Shown here one piece after another: positions 10,225 through 18,821 of a stretch of 64,000 bases of DNA. Position 1 is the first letter of the stretch. Each line of letters opens with the position of its first letter. A program made the translations under genes and the position numbers. Source of the stretch: Bacillota bacterium (GTDB lineage Bacteria; Bacillota; Clostridia; Christensenellales; SZUA-584); NCBI GenBank assembly GCA_023391105.1, contig JAEWBO010000040.1:39265-103264 (forward strand), read 5' to 3'. Under the pieces are notes generated by a model, which had not been told where the DNA came from, searched no databases, and saw nothing but the letters and a program-made list of their open reading frames with translations.

Positions 10225-12063
10225 CTATTCTTCAACCTCGCATAGAATGTTGGCTTCTAATTCTCCGGAAAACACCGTATGATAGACAATTTTCATACCA
10301 GGTAGTTTTTCAGTATTAAAATATTTTGGTAACACGATTTCAAAAACCGAATCTCCCTCGATTTTTTTTGGAGCATCATTGATATCAAAATAATAAGCCA
10401 ATAACGTATCTGATTCACCCGAAGGATTTAATACATCCGTTATATACAAGCCGAGCAAATTATTGTTGGTTATTGACAACTTGTATCTTCCAGTCTCATT
10501 GTCATACAGCAACGTGAATCGAGGTTTATCAACGACATCAATCATGTTTTCTAGTCTTCCAACACGATAATTGACATCATTCACATCCATATAAAAGTCC
10601 ATATTAAATCGCTTAATCGTTGTCATATATTGATTAATCTGCGTCTGATGCCGCTCGATGAACTCAGGGTACTCTTTTGCCAATTGCATTACATATTTCT
10701 TATATAAATCTTTGTATTCCCCGCTGTCAGAGAATCCAAAATAGTCTGCGTAGTTGGTTTTATCCGCCAATACATGAGTATCGCTAAAAGCATGCTCATC
10801 AAAAGGTATTGGTTCCATCAGACCGGTAACAGGGTTATAATAGTTTCTCATATTATGCCATATACGCCCATGACTTGCTGAGAATATATCCAGTATGGCA
10901 TTCAGCCTTGCGTATAGATTAATATCAAAGACTTCTGATACGGAGGCTTCTCCGCTTCGCAGTTTGTTCAGCTGCGTAATGGCATACATCGCATATCCTG
11001 TTAAATTTGATGACTGTGTGGTCTTCTTTTCGGAAAAAGTATTCACGTTATTGTCCTGATAATAAGAGAAAGACTTGTCACCAATATAATTCGCCCAATG
11101 CTCCCATAAAAAGTCTTCGCTCATTCTAATGATGGGGCCTTCCCTTTTCTGAGAATGCTCAATAACACGCTTCTCCATGAATTCCTCAATCGCATACACG
11201 CCCTTATAAACATCGTTAACGAAAACATCCGCAAAATCGTACCGGAGCGCAACACCGCCCTGTTCACGGTACATCTCATAGATGAGATATTCCCAAATGT
11301 AATTACGGGTTTGAGGAGGCTGGATGGAAAACTTCTGCAATCCATAAATGCAGTAATCACCCTTAAGATCAATACGAAAAGACCATTGGTCTCCGATCAG
11401 ATGGTCTGTCCAATCTCCTTTTAAGCGCAGATCTGCTTTGTATTTAGTCCCTTCCGCTTTGATATTTGCTTGAACATTGTCGGAATCCTCTGTCAGTAAA
11501 ATACCAACCTGAATAGCCTCGTTTCTTTTCTTCTCTATTTTGTCGTAATCCTCCTCATCAATCTCTATCTCCAGCTGTCTGATTTCAAAGTCAATCACGT
11601 TACAATCTTCTTGCTGGCTTTTGCCTACATCATTAAGAAGCACAAAGCGCGATACATCATAGAAACCGTCACCCAATATTGGCGTAACCGTAACCTTGTC
11701 ATACCCATCAGAGGCTATATAATCAGGAATCAAATGAAGAATTTCCTTATTCCCACTCTCATTTGATTCTGTTGCCCATGCACCGCTGTTTATAATCAGG
11801 TTGTTGCTCTTTCCACCCTTGTAGAATTTTAGCTGATAAGTATCATCAGGACTAAAATCTGCTTTCAGCCAGTTATCAAAGCTCAATGATTGATTTGTGA
11901 ACACCGTGGTTTCCAACCCCATCGAAAACGTATCTTGAGACTCAAGATTATTTGCTTTCACTGAGGATTGAAAAACAACACAAATCACAATAACAACAGC
12001 AATAACCGCGGTAATCGCAAAAGCGCTTACCATTGCTATTTTTTTGTACATCTTTTTCTGCAT
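10225..12063 (-). CDS. Membrane-anchored CotH-family protein kinase
   Basis: 612 aa. N-terminal TM (IAMVSAFAITAVIAVVIVICVVF). CotH-like core (RNYIWEYLIYEMYREQGGVALRYDFADVFVNDVYKGVYAIEEF ... RNYYNPVTGLMEPIPFDEHAF). Confidence 0.7.
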   Translation of the reverse strand: MQKKMYKKIAMVSAFAITAVIAVVIVICVVFQSSVKANNLESQDTFSMGLETTVFTNQSLSFDNWLKADFSPDDTYQLKFYKGGKSNNLIINSGAWATESNESGNKEILHLIPDYIASDGYDKVTVTPILGDGFYDVSRFVLLNDVGKSQQEDCNVIDFEIRQLEIEIDEEDYDKIEKKRNEAIQVGILLTEDSDNVQANIKAEGTKYKADLRLKGDWTDHLIGDQWSFRIDLKGDYCIYGLQKFSIQPPQTRNYIWEYLIYEMYREQGGVALRYDFADVFVNDVYKGVYAIEEFMEKRVIEHSQKREGPIIRMSEDFLWEHWANYIGDKSFSYYQDNNVNTFSEKKTTQSSNLTGYAMYAITQLNKLRSGEASVSEVFDINLYARLNAILDIFSASHGRIWHNMRNYYNPVTGLMEPIPFDEHAFSDTHVLADKTNYADYFGFSDSGEYKDLYKKYVMQLAKEYPEFIERHQTQINQYMTTIKRFNMDFYMDVNDVNYRVGRLENMIDVVDKPRFTLLYDNETGRYKLSITNNNLLGLYITDVLNPSGESDTLLAYYFDINDAPKKIEGDSVFEIVLPKYFNTEKLPGMKIVYHTVFSGELEANILCEVEE

Positions 12064-12076
12064 GGCTGTCCCTTCG

Positions 12077-12763
12077 TTAGACTAGAGTGCTGTTGGAAAC
12101 AAAGCTGGTGATTACGCTGCTATCGATGCTTCTCAATTTGTCTACTGCTTCTTTTAGTTGCGCAACCGTCGAAAACTCAACATTAAAATGAACGTTGAGC
12201 GTGTTTCCATCATTATCCGACCTGCGAAGTTGTATCCTCGATGCATACTCGCTGAGAACGTCAACAACAACATTAATATCCATTTTCGAAGTTATCACGC
12301 TGAAATTAAAAGTGTCTCTTTGAGATTTTTTGATATTGAATAGTCCGCGAATGATAAGTATGACCAAAATCAATATACTGACGACAAAGGTCAGAGCCCT
12401 CTCGCCTGTTCCAAAACCAAGCCCTATGGCAATACAAAGGAATGTGTAAGCCAACTCTTCAGGTTCTTTTACCGCTGCTCTAAAGCGGACAATGGAAAGT
12501 GCGCCCACAAGCCCAAGCGAAAGCGCAAGCGAGGCTTTTATCAGTGTGATAACCAATGTGGTACACACAGCTATAAGTAAAAATATTTTTCCAAAATACT
12601 TTCTATTTGAAAACGTATTCCCAAACTTGATAAAAACGAGATATGCCAGTTGTGACATTATTGCCGCACAGGCAATATTTATTATCACATCCACTAATTC
12701 AATTGAATCCGATACCAAAAAAAAGTCAAATAATTGTTGCATTTTGCATGTCCCCTTTAGCAT
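12077..12763 (-). CDS. DUF4956-like polytopic membrane protein
   Basis: 228 aa. Several TM helices followed by a soluble C-terminal domain. First gene of the CotH/VTC operon. Start may be the internal MQQLFDFF at 12742. Confidence 0.55.
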   Translation of the reverse strand: MLKGTCKMQQLFDFFLVSDSIELVDVIINIACAAIMSQLAYLVFIKFGNTFSNRKYFGKIFLLIAVCTTLVITLIKASLALSLGLVGALSIVRFRAAVKEPEELAYTFLCIAIGLGFGTGERALTFVVSILILVILIIRGLFNIKKSQRDTFNFSVITSKMDINVVVDVLSEYASRIQLRRSDNDGNTLNVHFNVEFSTVAQLKEAVDKLRSIDSSVITSFVSNSTLV

Positions 12764-12799
12764 ATAATGTTAACAGAAGAATATAGTTTCATTCAATAC

Positions 12800-12824
12800 T
12801 AACGTAAAATGAATATTTACGTTA
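12800..12824. promoter_or_regulatory. Perfect 9-bp inverted repeat, candidate operator upstream of the DUF4956-CotH-VTC operon
   Basis: TAACGTAAA-N7-TTTACGTTA read directly, about 40-60 nt upstream of the first gene of the operon. Confidence 0.35.
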
Positions 12825-12927
12825 AGTTTTTGTTAACTCATAGTAAATACTATCATAATTATTTCCCAGAGTCCATGCTGTTTGTTTTGGAATAGAATCT
12901 ATTAACTGTCTATATAGGAAATGTCGC

Positions 12928-13593
12928 TCACAGCGCCACGCTCAACGCGAAGAGTATTTGGCTGCCATAATAGGCAAACGTACTCAGCATGCCAAAAGCC
13001 TTTGATAAACGGCCGCCGATGCTTTGGGCAGCGAGCAGTACATCGGAGACAAGAAAAAGCCCGCCACCAATCGCGATAAGAATTGCAAAAGTGTCGCCAG
13101 CCTGCGGTGAAAAAAGCGTGGAAAAAGCGCGTGCAGCCATTGCGCAAAGCACCGCAGCGTAAATATAAACAGCCGGATGAAGCTTTTTAAAACGCACGCC
13201 GCGCAAACAAAAAGTGATTGCCGCAAGCACGAGGAATGCCGCAAAAAAAGCGGCGTCATAAACAGACAAGGGCACTCTTGTAAAAAGCGCCGCGATATAA
13301 AAAAGATGTGTGAACAGAAAACAGACCATCCCCCAAGCCAAAAAGCTTGAAGAACGGTCTGTAAATATCAATAGCACATCACCGGTAAGGGCGAGGCAAA
13401 GGCCGATGAGAATCAGAGAGAAATACGGTTCTTCCGCGCCCGTTTGCAGGCTCACAGCCATCAGCACAAACATGACGCTGGCTGTCGTCTTAAAAAAAAC
13501 TCGGCTTGAAAGCTTACCACTGTGCCGAACAAACGCATAAATACAAGCAAAGATGCCTGTCAGCGCTAAGAACACATACGGCACAGCTATCAA
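12928..13593 (-). CDS. YhhN-family membrane protein (lysoplasmalogenase-like)
   Basis: 221 aa, about 7 TM. Motifs LTGDVLLIF, FLFTHLFYIAAL and GGLFLVSDVLLA parallel E. coli YhhN. Confidence 0.65.
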   Translation of the reverse strand: MIAVPYVFLALTGIFACIYAFVRHSGKLSSRVFFKTTASVMFVLMAVSLQTGAEEPYFSLILIGLCLALTGDVLLIFTDRSSSFLAWGMVCFLFTHLFYIAALFTRVPLSVYDAAFFAAFLVLAAITFCLRGVRFKKLHPAVYIYAAVLCAMAARAFSTLFSPQAGDTFAILIAIGGGLFLVSDVLLAAQSIGGRLSKAFGMLSTFAYYGSQILFALSVAL

Positions 13594-13602
13594 CCCTTTC
13601 GC

Positions 13603-13920
13603 TTAATCTTGCTTCTCTTCGTCACTTTCATCTCTTTCTTTGTCGCCTTCTTCATCATCGTCTTCGTAATAAAGGCGCTCAAACTCTTCCCATACTTGGT
13701 CGAGGCGGTCTTCGTTCTCGATAGGCACGTAGCAATCGTTGCCGTCCTCGTCCTCAAGTATTTCCATCAGCAGCACTTCACCGTTCTCGATGTCTTCCAT
13801 ATCTTCCTCGGGTGTCAATGCCACAAAAAAGCTATCTTCAAAATCGAACGTCATGATGTGCAAAAAGCGTATGTCTTTGCCATCTTCATCAGTGAGTATG
13901 ACCACATTTTCTTCGTCCAT
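13603..13920 (-). CDS. DUF1292 (YrzB-like) acidic protein
   Basis: MDEENVVILTDEDGKDIRFLHIMTFDFEDSFFVALTPEE... AAGGAG RBS sits 6 nt before the internal ATG at 13920. Conserved position downstream of ruvX. Confidence 0.8.
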   Translation of the reverse strand: MDEENVVILTDEDGKDIRFLHIMTFDFEDSFFVALTPEEDMEDIENGEVLLMEILEDEDGNDCYVPIENEDRLDQVWEEFERLYYEDDDEEGDKERDESDEEKQD

Positions 13921-14004
13921 TATTGTCTCCTTTGCCAAAACCGGCATTCTTTATTATGATAAGCCGCGCATCATTTTATACGCTGCAGCAGACCCAGTAT
14001 GGCA

Positions 14005-14415
14005 TCACGCCCTGTGCGTGTCAAGATAAGCGCTCAAAATATACACAGCCGCCAATTTATCGACAACCTGACGGCGCTTTTTGCGAGACACATCCGCCTC
14101 GATAAGCATACGCTCCGCGCTCACCGTCGTCAGCCGCTCGTCCTGAAAGACGACGGGCAAGCCCAACGCTTCCACCTCAGCCATAAAGGCACGAACGTTT
14201 AATACCGCCGGTCCTTCGCTCCCGTTCATGTTAAGTGGCAATCCCGCTACAATTTTTGATACTCCCAGCTCGCGCGCTTTGTTTGCGATGTATGCCGCGT
14301 CACCTTCACCCTTGCGTGCATACGTTTCCACTCCCTGCGCCGTCATGCCAAGCGCGTCCGAAACGGCGATACCAATGCGTTTTTCGCCGATATCCAACCC
14401 TAAAATTCTTTCCAT
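14005..14415 (-). CDS. ruvX: Holliday junction resolvase-like nuclease RuvX (YqgF)
   Basis: MERILGLDIGEKRIGIAVSD... from the internal ATG at 14415. Confidence 0.85.
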   Translation of the reverse strand: MERILGLDIGEKRIGIAVSDALGMTAQGVETYARKGEGDAAYIANKARELGVSKIVAGLPLNMNGSEGPAVLNVRAFMAEVEALGLPVVFQDERLTTVSAERMLIEADVSRKKRRQVVDKLAAVYILSAYLDTHRA

Positions 14416-14516
14416 TATTTCCCCTTTATGCAATTTAAAAAGGTCAAACTCAAAACAGAGCTTAACCCAAATACGCGATATTATGTGACCAAGCAAAAAT
14501 TCGCTTCATAAGCAAA

Positions 14517-14786
14517 TCAGTCTTCCGCCTTTTGCATGTTATCAATGTATACCTTGACGAACTCTTCTAAAAGCTCGTCCCGTTCCACGCGCTTAATCAA
14601 AGACCTTGCATTTTTATAGCTTGTAATATAAGTGGGATCACCCGAAATGATATACCCCACAATCTGATTCACAGGATCGTAGCCCTTATCTTTGAGTGCA
14701 TCACAAACAAGCCAGATCACTTCTCTTTGCGGATTATCAAGCTCCTTCGACAGCGAAAATTTCATTGTTTCATCAAATCTGGACAC
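14517..14786 (-). CDS. ireB: IreB-family regulatory phosphoprotein (UPF0297/YrzL)
   Basis: GTG at 14786 gives MSRFDETMKFSL...GYDPVNQIVGYIISGDPTYITS, closely parallel to B. subtilis YrzL. AGGGGG lies 8 nt upstream. Confidence 0.85.
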   Translation of the reverse strand: MSRFDETMKFSLSKELDNPQREVIWLVCDALKDKGYDPVNQIVGYIISGDPTYITSYKNARSLIKRVERDELLEEFVKVYIDNMQKAED

Positions 14787-15012
14787 GAGTGGCACCCCCT
14801 TGCTTTATGCTTATTATATACCATGTATGGGCGCTTTTCAAACGCAATGCGCAAACATTTGGTAAACTTTAATAATCGTCATAGTTGTATCACATATTCG
14901 TCATGATTGTTATGCAGAACACAACGAATATCACAAAGCCGGCCATTTAAGCCGGCTTTGACAAATTGCTCCCGTTTATACTTCCTCAAAATATAAAACA
15001 TTCTTTTGCCGC

Positions 15013-15177
15013 TTAGCTTCCCGGTTCCGTCATCTTGTCCATATGGTTGTTAATCGCTCTGCGCCCTTGGCGAATTATACGATTCATCCGAGGCTGAAAA
15101 TACGGCATCGCGACCATCGTGGCAGCCGCACCGATTGCACCGCCCACAATCATGCCCACCAGCAAATTGACTCTCAT
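15013..15177 (-). CDS. Unannotated 54-aa small membrane protein
   Basis: Below the 60-aa ORF-track cutoff. Reads MRVNLLVGMIVGGAIGAAATMVAMPYFQPRMNRIIRQGRRAINNHMDKMTEPGS. AAGGAG RBS 8 nt upstream. One Gly/Ala-rich TM helix plus a basic tail. Confidence 0.45.
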   Translation of the reverse strand: MRVNLLVGMIVGGAIGAAATMVAMPYFQPRMNRIIRQGRRAINNHMDKMTEPGS

Positions 15178-15275
15178 CTGTCACACTCCTTTCAAGCAGT
15201 TCTTGCTACTTGTATTTTGCTCAAGAAGTGGCAAACATATTTAAGCCGATGTCATAAAGTTAGTACCATAATATT

Positions 15276-15641
15276 CTATTTTCTCGATTTGTAATCCACA
15301 ATTGCGGCTTTTATCGCATCTTCGACCATCAGTGAGCAGTGTACCTTTTGCTCGGGCAGACCGCCCAGCTCTGCCACGATGTCCGCCTTGGAGAGCGCCT
15401 CAGCCTCCTCAATTGTTCTGCCCTTCACCATATCCGTTGCGATACTGGACGATGCGATGGCTGCACAGCAGCCATACGTTTTGTATTTGATATCGGTTAT
15501 TCGACCGTCTCGAACCCTTAAATACATCGACATGGTATCACCGCATTCGCTGCTTCCCACTTCGGCATATCCGTCTGGATTCTCCATCTCGCCTACGTTG
15601 TGCGGATCTTTAAAATGCGCCAGCACTTTCTCATTATACAT
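15276..15641 (-). CDS. nifU: Fe-S cluster assembly scaffold NifU/IscU
   Basis: MYNEKVLAHFKDPHNVGEMENPDGYAEVGSSECGDTMSMYL... AAGGAGG RBS. 8-nt overlap with nifS. Confidence 0.9.
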   Translation of the reverse strand: MYNEKVLAHFKDPHNVGEMENPDGYAEVGSSECGDTMSMYLRVRDGRITDIKYKTYGCCAAIASSSIATDMVKGRTIEEAEALSKADIVAELGGLPEQKVHCSLMVEDAIKAAIVDYKSRK

Positions 15642-16815
15642 TCTTTTTGCCTCCTTTACGCTGTGCGAAAAGCGGCGATAATGCCTGAAGCCTTTCCACC
15701 GCGGCTTTTGTCTTTTGTATGACCGTATCAATCTGCTCCACGTTGTTATCCCGTCCGATGCTCATTCGCAGCGACCCACGAGCATCTTCGATAGAAAGAC
15801 CCATCGCCCGCAGCACATATGAAGGCTTGAGAGAACTTGATGAGCAAGCGGAGCCTGTGGATACCGCAATGCCTTCCAGATCAAGAAACGTCATGAGCGC
15901 TTCCGCCTCAATGCCGCCGAACGTCACATTAACGTGCCCCGGCAGCCGCTCTGCCTCACCGCCGTTGAGCCGTGTCTCGGGCAGCACCGAAAGACCGTTC
16001 GCGAGCCGGTTCGCCAGCATACGTTCGTGTTTTTCGTTTTCCTGCATGGTTCGTGCCGCAAGCTCCGCCGCCGCGCCCAGACCCACGATACCCGGTGTGT
16101 TCAGCGTTCCCGCACGAGAGCCTCTTTCCTGCGCGCCGCCGTGCAAAAAGCGCCCGACGTTGACACCCTGCCGCACATAAAGCGCGCCGATACCCTTGGG
16201 ACCATAAAACTTATGTGCACTCATGGACAACAGATCAATATCCAACTCATTCACGTCGATGGGCACATGACCCACGGCTTGTACCGCGTCTGTGTGAAAC
16301 AGAATGTCGTTCTCGCGCGCCAGTTTGCCGATTTGTGCAATTGGCATCAACACCCCTGTTTCATTGTTGGCAAACATGATGCTGATAAGTATGGTATCGG
16401 GCCGAAGAGCCTCCTCCACGGTTTTTGCGCTCACACGACCCATCTCATCGACCGGCAGGAACGTGACATCGAGCCCGCGCGACTTTAAATAGTCGCATGT
16501 ATCCAGCACAGCGTGGTGCTCGATAGACGTCGTAATGATATGCCCCTTGCCCGCAAGCTCCGCGATGCCCTTTAGCGCCCAATTGTCGCTCTCAGTACCG
16601 CCCGACGTGAAATAGATTTCCTCCGCCTTCGCGCCGATAACCGCCGCTGTCTGCTCACGCGCTTTCATGACGGCCTTGTCCGCCGCGCGCCCAAAGCTGT
16701 GCAGGCTGGACGCATTGCCGTACGTCTCCTCAAAAAACGGCCGCATAATGTCTAGCACGCGCTTGTCTGTATGCGTGGTTGCGGCATGATCCAAATATAT
16801 CCCCATAATTAGCAC
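15634..16815 (-). CDS. nifS: Cysteine desulfurase NifS
   Basis: 393 aa. Class-V aminotransferase. SAHKFYGPKG (PLP Lys) and SSGSACSS active-site loop. Confidence 0.9.
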   Translation of the reverse strand: MLIMGIYLDHAATTHTDKRVLDIMRPFFEETYGNASSLHSFGRAADKAVMKAREQTAAVIGAKAEEIYFTSGGTESDNWALKGIAELAGKGHIITTSIEHHAVLDTCDYLKSRGLDVTFLPVDEMGRVSAKTVEEALRPDTILISIMFANNETGVLMPIAQIGKLARENDILFHTDAVQAVGHVPIDVNELDIDLLSMSAHKFYGPKGIGALYVRQGVNVGRFLHGGAQERGSRAGTLNTPGIVGLGAAAELAARTMQENEKHERMLANRLANGLSVLPETRLNGGEAERLPGHVNVTFGGIEAEALMTFLDLEGIAVSTGSACSSSSLKPSYVLRAMGLSIEDARGSLRMSIGRDNNVEQIDTVIQKTKAAVERLQALSPLFAQRKGGKKNV

Positions 16816-17270
16816 CTTATATTTTTTGCCTGCGGACGCTGCTCCGCAAGCCTTTTATCATCGTCAAGCATATCCTGTAAGGATATGCCTTCCACCACTG
16901 CACTGATACCGTCATAAATACGCTGCCATATCGCGTGCGCGGTGCATGCGTTGGCGTTTTCGCAATCCGTGCCGCCGCCTACGCATTCCGCCGGAGCCAG
17001 CTCTCCCTCGAGCGCCGTGAGCACGCTGCCCACTGAAATATCCTTGGGTTCATATCTCAAAACATAGCCGCCGCCAGCGCCGCGCGTGCTCCCCACAAGC
17101 CCCGCGCTTTTGAGCATCGGAAATATCTGTTCCAGATACTGTTCGCTCAAAGCCTGCTGTGCCGCGATTTGCCGCAGGCTCAGCGGTCCGCTGCCCCATG
17201 CCTTGGCGAGCTCAAACATCGCACGAAGGCCGTAGCGGCCCTTTGTGGAAATGATCACTTGCTCCTCCAA
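16809..17270 (-). CDS. Rrf2-family transcriptional regulator (IscR/CymR-like)
   Basis: STKGRYGLRAMFELA N-terminal wHTH. Cys residues in ...PAECVGGGTDCENANACTAH... Heads the nifS-nifU operon. Confidence 0.85.
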   Translation of the reverse strand: MEEQVIISTKGRYGLRAMFELAKAWGSGPLSLRQIAAQQALSEQYLEQIFPMLKSAGLVGSTRGAGGGYVLRYEPKDISVGSVLTALEGELAPAECVGGGTDCENANACTAHAIWQRIYDGISAVVEGISLQDMLDDDKRLAEQRPQAKNIRC

Positions 17271-17295
17271 AATTCCGAGTTTTTTAGTAGGCTTT

Positions 17296-17325
17296 ATGGT
17301 ATGACAAGATTAGTGGTTTGTCAAT
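17296..17325 (-). promoter_or_regulatory. Putative promoter plus inverted repeat (candidate Rrf2 autoregulatory operator)
   Basis: Reverse strand: TTGACA (17325-17320), 18-nt spacer, TACCAT (17301-17296). TGACAA-N10-TTGTCA inverted repeat at 17302-17323 overlaps it. Confidence 0.35.
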
Positions 17326-17482
17326 ATAGATTATCCGAAAGTCTGGCAGTAAAAATTCTCGATAGATACCAAAGGCTCTACTATTAATATAATATAAGCG
17401 ATTCAAAGTCTATTGATATCGAACAGATGGCTGATTATATGCATAGTTATATATAAAACAGATAATCTAAGGAGGTGGAAAT

Positions 17483-18040
17483 TTGCCATATTCCATTCCG
17501 ACTTATGGTTCACCAGAACACCGTTTTGAAATGACGGGAGACTTTCCATATATAGCAAAGAGTATACAAAGACAGCCGAAGATGATGGATCCCAAACTCA
17601 ACGATCCTTACGATCCACAAGCCGCGCTGCCTGAAGCCTTGAATCTTATAAAGCAAGCGGTTCTCGGTGAAGCTGAGGACAGAAAGTTTTATGAATTTCT
17701 GATATCGGAAGCACCCAGCATGGAGGACAAAAAGATCATTATGGGCATTCGAGACAACGAAATCAAGCATTTCGGTTTGTTCCGACGTATTTACAATGAA
17801 TTGACAGGCAAAACGCTGCCAGGGTCCGAGGAAGTCAGCTTCGAGCAGCCAGCGTCCTACTGTGCGGGGCTGCTTCAGGCACTGCTCGGTGAACAGAACG
17901 CCGTCATAAAATACAGACAAATACTGTTTGCCATGCTGGACAGACGCCACATCAACATGCTGACTGAGATCATCACTGACGAACTGCGACATTTTGGCCT
18001 ATACAACTATTTATACTCAAAAAACAATTGTTCCGTATAA
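17483..18040 (+). CDS. Ferritin-like (rubrerythrin/COG1633-type) domain protein
   Basis: TTG start after GGAGGTGG. Two ExxH-type helices (IRDNEIKHF, ITDELRHF). Confidence 0.6.
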   Translation: MPYSIPTYGSPEHRFEMTGDFPYIAKSIQRQPKMMDPKLNDPYDPQAALPEALNLIKQAVLGEAEDRKFYEFLISEAPSMEDKKIIMGIRDNEIKHFGLFRRIYNELTGKTLPGSEEVSFEQPASYCAGLLQALLGEQNAVIKYRQILFAMLDRRHINMLTEIITDELRHFGLYNYLYSKNNCSV

Positions 18041-18114
18041 GAGAACATATTCCATCACCGTATCATAAAAGCGCATCGAAAACCCGATGCGCTTAAACTT
18101 CTTTTATGCTTAAA

Positions 18115-18807
18115 TTAGATGCTGTCCGCAAACTCGTTTCTCTTTCGCACCCGAAAGCTTCTGTCATCATCCAAACGGTTAGAAAGCAGTTGCCTGTTCG
18201 CCGTCCAGTAAAACTGGACGAAGATCCCGAGCCCCATCAGCACCAACGCGACACCGCCAATCAGATATGCATTGGAAGTGATGAAATATTCAAACGGGAT
18301 AAGCAAATTGCTATATGCGACGATGCTTGCCGCATCAACCCCCACGAGATACAGGTATAACCCGATATATGCCGCGCCGCATCCGCCGAGAACGGCAGTG
18401 GTAATCACTGTTCCGATACGCTGATACGCCACCGTCAGCAGAGCCGCGACAACCGAGACTGTGAGGCATATGGGATAAATAAGCGGCATATTCTGCACGC
18501 CCAAGGCATGGACGACAAAAGCGGCAAATGTGCCGCCCGCGGCAAGTCCCGCAAAAAAGCTCGCAAAACGTTTGAAGAAGAACAATATCAGATAAATCGA
18601 GATAGCGCTGCCCACGAAAAATAGCCATGTGCTCATCGCATCGAGTCGCAGGTGGTCGTATACGAAAAGATAAAGCAGTCCTTCAAACAAGACAAGCCCG
18701 CTGAACGGCAGTAAAAACCTCGCAAGCTTGTACCCAAAAAAGCAATGCAGCAAACTCACTATCAGCGCCGCACAGCCACAGATCAATATCACAAGAGATG
18801 AATTCAT
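18115..18807 (-). CDS. DUF4203 (TMEM198/TM7S3-like) polytopic membrane protein
   Basis: 230 aa, about 7 TM. N-terminal LLHCFFGYKLARFLLPFSGLVLF motif. Confidence 0.55.
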   Translation of the reverse strand: MNSSLVILICGCAALIVSLLHCFFGYKLARFLLPFSGLVLFEGLLYLFVYDHLRLDAMSTWLFFVGSAISIYLILFFFKRFASFFAGLAAGGTFAAFVVHALGVQNMPLIYPICLTVSVVAALLTVAYQRIGTVITTAVLGGCGAAYIGLYLYLVGVDAASIVAYSNLLIPFEYFITSNAYLIGGVALVLMGLGIFVQFYWTANRQLLSNRLDDDRSFRVRKRNEFADSI

Positions 18808-18821
18808 GCTCTTTTCCCCCG

